64,000 nt of DNA, taken from the NCBI GenBank assembly GCA_951406725.2, contig OX597825.1:82894001-82958000 (forward strand), given 5' to 3'. Numbering within the stretch: position 1 is the stretch's first letter; every line of letters starts with the position of its first letter. Under the pieces are notes generated by a model, which saw nothing but the letters and a program-made list of their open reading frames with translations, searched no databases and had not been told where the DNA came from. A program made the position numbers and the translations under genes. This document shows positions 56,381-64,000 of this stretch, piece by piece. Origin of the DNA: Octopus vulgaris. Taxonomy: Eukaryota.

Positions 56381-57829
56381 TTTTTGTACACCAAGGTGGA
56401 CTGTGAACATTTAAACTTAAACAAAGAAAACGTTGAGAATACATCATCGATGACAGAAGAGGAAGAACAGGCTACTCAGTTTTTCCATAACCCTATCTAC
56501 TCGGCGAAATGTGCTCCCAATGCGCCACCATACATAAGCTTAGCCTTAAGATTTGCTTGCTTTCTTAATTAGTGACTATTACGGTCACTCGACCTGCATG
56601 AAATCGCAGCGAAAACAGCTGTCAAAAATAACCAATTTAGTGCAAACAACAAACAAAAGACATTGTACCGGATATTATAATTCGAAGTATATTATTTTCT
56701 GGAAGAGAGAGTAAAATACGAATAAGATAAAAAAAAAGATAGGGTTGTGCTGTCTTGAATGCTTTAGATCATAGATCTGTTTGATTAAGGGTCAAGAGTA
56801 GACTAGACATTAACATAAACCAGAACAACAATAGCAACAATAAACAATATCAACAGGAATAACAGCTTAGCGTTATCTAATCCAATTTTGATGTATTTAA
56901 GTCGGACGTGACAAAGACTAGATTAGCGCAAAGAACTTATTCTTTGAAATATCTTTATATCGATGCATTGAAGTCTTTGGTATTTTTTTCCCTTTGTTTA
57001 TAGCTTATTGCAGAAGGATATTTTAGTTTACTCATATAATTAACAATTTAACAATTATTTAGATAAGACTCGAGAAATCAATTTCTCTTTATTATTTCAG
57101 AAAATCTTAGATATTTTATAAGTATCTGCGTAAGCGCAAAAACACACAGAAACACTCACACACACACAAATATTCGTACATATATGTAGGGGACGTGCAT
57201 ACGTGTGTGTGTGTGTGCGTGAGTGTGCAGATATTTACATGCATATATATATGAAAGTATATAGAAATATTCGTGATGTAGAATTTAAGTCGTAAATTGC
57301 TTCACAAAGGACCAGAATTAAGAACTTCATACACAGTTGCAACTCTGTGTGCCGTGAATTTATAGAATACAAGTTTTACTGTTAAGCAGATTGTATACAA
57401 AAAATAAACGAAATCACGGGAGATTGTTCATCAGATGTTGTACCTTAAATTATTATCTAATAAACCACTTCCCATGATTTCGTTTGTTTTATGTATATAA
57501 TCGAATTAACAATAACACTTGACATACATACATACATACATACATACATACATACATACATACATACATACGTACATATATACATACATACATAAATTTA
57601 CCGGTGCGGTTGTACATAGAGTAACTGTGTTTGAAACTTCTGGTTTCTTGGTATATCTGTTCTCACATAACACTTATTTTCGTGCTGTTGATACCGCCGG
57701 ATTAAATACTACTGCCCAGATGTCGAAACTATAATGATATATATGGGGGAGCTGATGATGCTTGTATGCTGGATTGTTGGTGTGACTGTTTTTGTATATG
57801 TGGAATAGTATTATAACACATTCTTTTGA

Positions 57830-57904
<75 letters not shown>

Positions 57905-58059
57905 ATGTATATATATATATACATATATATATATACATATGCATGTATATATATATGTATATACATACGCCCATACACACACATGAGATAGGGAGATAAA
58001 TAGATAGATATATGTAGATAGATAGATGGATAGAGATAGAGAGAAAGATAGAGATAGAT

Positions 58060-58128
<69 letters not shown>

Positions 58129-58693
58129 CGGAGAGAGAGAGTGAGAGAGAGAGAGAAAGAGAGAGAGAGATTAATATTTGTTTTTATGTTCAGTTATAAT
58201 AAAAATAGTTTTACATTAATCGGAAAGATCGCTCTATACTTTTGTCGAGTACAAATTTATTCTTGGACAAGATTAATATTGAGAGTGACTTTGATACTTC
58301 GGCCAGCTAACCAATCGTCGCACAGTCCAACAATGCTTTGGTCAATATTGTTCTTGTTACAGAATGGTGTCGTGAAAGTCAAGTAATGGTAGACTAATAT
58401 TTGGAGCCAAATATACAAGCTGACAAGGAAGTAAGACAAATCTATAAAGACAACATGGTAGTATTTTTCTATTCGCATACAAATGTAAAATAATTATAGT
58501 ATATGTAAACCCGAGGGTTTGCTGGTAAGGAGGGTCTCTATTTTTCTATTGTGACGGTAGATGAATAAATTTGCCAAAACACATCTCAGTCAAGCGAAAA
58601 CCATATTGCGATTAGAGCCTTCCATATTATTTTCTTTATATCTTATATCAGAATTTAACATTTGTCTTCTCTTTGGCTATATTGTCGATAGCG

Positions 58694-58980
58694 TCGAGGT
58701 CGACTTTGCCTTACATCCTTTCGAGGTCGATAATTAAGTACCAGTTACGTACTGGGTTCGATGTAATCGACTTAATCCATTTGTCCTGGTTTGTCCCCTC
58801 TGTGTTTAGCCCCTTGTGGATAGTAAAGAAATAGATATTGTTGATAAGGCCGGGGTCGACTTTGCTTTCATCCTTTCGGAGTCGATAAATTAAGTACCAG
58901 TTACGTACTGGGGTCGATTTACTCGATCGGCCTCTCCCCCAAAATTTCGAGCCTTGTGCCTAGAGTAGCAAAGAAAGAAA
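58694..58980 (+). mobile_element. Two 5'-truncated SINE A copies with different 3' tails
   Basis: Units 58694-58833 and 58848-58980, separated and flanked by ATATTGTY(GATA). Confidence 0.85.
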
Positions 58981-59935
58981 ATATATTGTCTTATGCCTCA
59001 CTCACCAATACTTCATAATATTATTGAATATTTTTTGATAAAATGGAAAATATGTAACCCTCTGTCGTGTACTCCGTGGAGTACTTCTATCTCTTATTAC
59101 TGAGTATAACCTTTGATATTATTTCTATTCTGAGTATTTCTTAATATATTTTCGCGTAAGACAGCAACATTCAATTGGGTAAAACGTGACTATTTCAAGG
59201 TTTTACTGTTTCTCTTTGTCCGTTTCAGATCAATTTTTAGTTAACTGAATGTGACTGTCGAATTCTATAGTTCATGAAACCGAATATTTTCTAGCGTAAG
59301 AGTTATCACCAGCCACGATTTTATATATTCCCTTTATGCCAGGTATCAGACGGTGAAATTACTGTGAATTCTTCCATTTTATAGCTTTATATCCCAGTCT
59401 CAAGTCATTCGGAATCCATAATTTACATGAATATTTATCAAGCAGAGATGGCGAAAAATACTTCTCTATGTTGAATTTTCATCAAAGTTAGTTTTGTATT
59501 ATGTTAACGAATAATATAAATCAATGAAAAATAATATGTGCATATGTTTGTTTTTGCATGTACCTATGTATATGTGTGTCTCTATTATATTATTTCAGAG
59601 TATCTCATATTATTTCAGAGTATTTTATTTTAGATAAAATACTTTAAGTTTCATGTTATAAGAAAGAAACCTGATTAAGCTTAGCTTAAGCTGTTGTCAT
59701 CTTCCTCAGGATTAAGAGGCATGTAATAAAAATGGCTTATGATATATAATTTTGGAAACAAAATTTACAGATGCTGTAGATATTTGCAAAAGCCTGAGTT
59801 AAGCATAAATCTGTATGTTGCTATTCGTATGAAACTTTAAGTTACTTTGTCCCCAAAAACATACTCTATATGAATTCTTCACAACTCTCATAATAGTCTT
59901 TTATGTTACTGATTTAATAGTAGTATCTATCTATC

Positions 59936-60062
<127 letters not shown>

Positions 60063-60097
60063 TTGTCTGTCTGTCAATCTATCTCTCTATCTGTCTG

Positions 60098-60136
<39 letters not shown>

Positions 60137-60211
60137 ATCTATCTATCTATCTATCTATATTTCTATCTATCTCTATCTATCTATCTATTTTTCTATCTAT
60201 CTCCATCTATC

Positions 60212-60251
<40 letters not shown>

Positions 60252-60836
60252 CCTATCTATCTATCTCTCCATCTATGTAGCTATCTCTTTATCTCCCTCT
60301 CCACACATACACACACATATATATATAGAGAGAGATAGAGAGATAGATAAATAGATAGATATATAGATAGAGAGAGAAAGAGAGAGAGAGTGATGGGTTT
60401 GTGTATATGTATACATATATGAGTGTTTGTGCGATTATGCACTATCTGTTAGGAGAGTGCACGTAAGGGACAAAGGGGTATCGGGTTATCAGAGATTTTC
60501 AATATGAGACAATTGATCATTAAACCCTCAGTTCGACAAACAATGATACGTCAGGTATTTACAAAAACGAACATGAGTTATTGAGTGAAAAAGAGGTTTC
60601 TCAGCAATTCTACGGTGCCAGGTGCATCTTTTTTTACGACGGAGAAGTGGAATCCATTAAACATTATGTACACAGAGTAACTGTAGAAAAAGCAATTAAA
60701 AACACATTTAACGCGTTAAGTTCTGATAAAAGTGTCTGCTCGTGAAAATGGCGCTCAATATCACATATCACGATTAAGTATAAGGTATATATGTATGTAT
60801 ATATGTGTGCATATATGTATGTTTGTATGTATATAC

Positions 60837-61573
<737 letters not shown>

Positions 61574-61948
61574 TATATGTATGTGTATGTGTGTATATAT
61601 GTATGTATGTATGTGTGTGTTTGTTTGTGCGTGTGTGTTTGTGTGTGTATTTAAACTGCATTGGATAACTTATTCATCCAGCTTGCTGCTGATATATAAA
61701 CCTCACCCAAAAGGACTCCATATATAATGTGGTCAGTCTAAACATGATATTCGTAGAATCTTCCATCATTGGCAAACTAAAAGTAACCACAAAAACGGTC
61801 TAGATGATAAAATTAAGAAAAGGGTATGAGCATAGAAGTTAAGACATGAAGACACAAATCTATCAAGAAAATAATTGAGCAGATAGTTCTGAAGTAAAAC
61901 GTTTCTTGGAGACACAAAGATGCTAGTATTGTTCGAGTCGGTTATCCG

Positions 61949-63507
61949 GTCTTTCAAAATAATTGCTCTCATATATACCAAAATAAAATTTTGGAATTAT
62001 GGAAGGGCAAATTTGGGAACAAAAACAGGACAGTGGAGACATACAACGAAACCGAACGAAAAGAAACGTGGAGGATCGCTAGAGCAGAACGATGATAAAA
62101 TAACGAACGCTGGAGAAATGTTTCCTTCGAAAAGAGAAAAGACAGAAGAGAGAGAGGGAGAGAGACAGACAGACAGACAGACAGAGCAAATCTGCAGCAG
62201 GAGCATTTGATAACTGTAAACAAATAATGCGTGCAGGTCGTTCGGCCATAGCTGAATCCCATAAACCGTCTTAGAAGGGACAGTCGATCCTATATGTATG
62301 TGTGTAGCCATATACTATATATCTATTTATATACGTGTGTATGCGTACGTGTCTACGTATGTATGTACTTATATATAAGCATATGCATGACGGGCTGTCA
62401 CACAGTTTCCTGTTACCGAATTCCCTAAAAGGGCATAGGGGCCGACTGATCCCTAAGTTCACTCAATTTGCAATGATAGCTCCTTAACAACACAGTCAAG
62501 CCCGCGCCTATAAATTATATATTTTGTTTATTTATTTCCTTTTTGTATCCGTTAATAGCTTTCAGGAAATTATATTTCCTCTCTTATAATTTATGCGTAA
62601 ACAATATCCTTAGAGCGAAACTTTCATAAATTCACTGCGCACAGAAGCGTCGTTACATTATGAAGTTTCAGTTTTCAGTTTGGTATATCTGGTAATCACT
62701 TTTCAGGGATGATTCGTATTTAATCTGTAAAATAGCATAAAAAATGGTGGACGCGTGGTTGTTTGTTGAAGAAACTCACTTTGCCACCAGATGGCTTTGG
62801 TTTTAGTCCTATTGTGTACCATCCTGGGCATGTGTATTAAACTATAGCCATGAGCCGAATTTTAATTTTTGTCGAATAAATTGACCAGAGTACTGATTTT
62901 TTAAAAGCCTAGTACCCAAAAGATCCCTTTTGCTAAATTGCTAAGTTACAGTTAAGCAAGCACACCAATACCTATTTCTTTATTACCCACAAGGGGCTAA
63001 ACACAGAGGGGACAAACAAGGACAGACATAAGTATTAAGTCGATTACATCGACCCCAGTGCATAACTGGTACTTAATTTATCGAACCCGAAAGGATGAAA
63101 GGCAAAGTCGACCTCGACGGAATTTGAACTCACAACGTAACGCAGACGAAATACCGCTAAGCATTTCGCCCAGCGTGCTAACGTTTCTGCCAACTCGCAC
63201 GCCAATACCAGCTGTCAAACGATTGAGGCATGGAAAGAAACATAGACTTAAAGTCACACACACGCACACTCATATACACACGCACACATGTGTATATATG
63301 TTTATGTGTGTGTGTTTGTGTGTGTGTGTATACGAAGGGCTTTTTCAGTTACTGTCTACCTAAACTACTGAAAAGTCTTCCCGTCCACATGATTCTGGGT
63401 TCAGTCCCACTGCGTGGAACCTTTGGCAAGGATCTTCTACTATAGGCTCGTGACGACCAAAGCCGTGTGAGTGGATTTGGTTGATGGAAACTGAAAGAAG
63501 CCCGTCG

Positions 63508-63573
<66 letters not shown>

Positions 63574-64000
63574 TGTGCGCCTTGTGAGTGGATTTGGCAG
63601 GTGGAAACTGAAAGAAGCTCGTCGTATATATATATATGTGTGTGTGTATGTGTCTGTGTTTGGCCCACAACCATCGTTTGACAACGGATAACGGTGTGTT
63701 TATGTCTCCGTAACTTAGCGTTTCGGCAAAAGAGACCGCTGGAATAAGTACTAGGTTTAGAAAGAATAAGTCCTGGGTTCAGTTTGCTCGACTAAAGGCG
63801 GTGCTCCAACATGGCCGCAGTCAAATGACTGAAACAAATAAAGGAATAAACGAATAAAAGAATATCTTATCAAAAGCATTGAAATCGCAGAATGGCTTAG
63901 TGAAGGTGATAAAACTCTTCTCAACGTCTGTTCCGTTCGTTTGTACTCAGAGTTTCAAAGCCTCCATATATGTTTCCTTCTTTTCCATAGGGTTCGGATC
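61949..64000 (+). repeat. Direct segmental duplication, copy 2 (runs off the window)
   Basis: Matches 53479-55298; has an extra SINE A (-) at 62973-63200. Confidence 0.95.

Noticed and set aside
56384-56572. Short ORF with FHNPIY (NPxY-like) motif
   Set aside because: No convincing exon boundaries or homology; the motif could arise by chance
58257-58478. Possible minus-strand exon
   Set aside because: DWLAGRSIKV resembles a decayed LINE RT segment; too weak to call either way

Overview
AT-rich, microsatellite-saturated animal non-coding DNA. The SINE families and repeat landscape resemble those I recall from octopus/cephalopod genomes; that assignment is inferred, not verified. No confident host gene is present, and almost all listed ORFs are microsatellite artefacts. 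The only real long coding sequence is two 5'-truncated R4/Dong-type RLE retrotransposons inserted in tandem into a (TAA)n tract (16380-19860), plus degenerate Dong, CR1-group and mariner/maT relics. Also present: four tRNA-SINE families, non-autonomous Helitrons, mariner MITEs, a 1-kb palindrome and a ~2-kb direct duplication. The main hidden layer is a dense set of hammerhead-ribozyme (HHR) motifs read by eye. One is canonical and caps a ~145-nt rod (11374-11518). About ten others are Penelope-type with palindromic stem III, several with recurrent core variants (C4, U3-A8, very long stem II). Four of these sit in head-to-head fold-back elements. A second fold-back family carries a conserved, covarying non-HHR structure. 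All folds were derived manually and none has been computed or tested.
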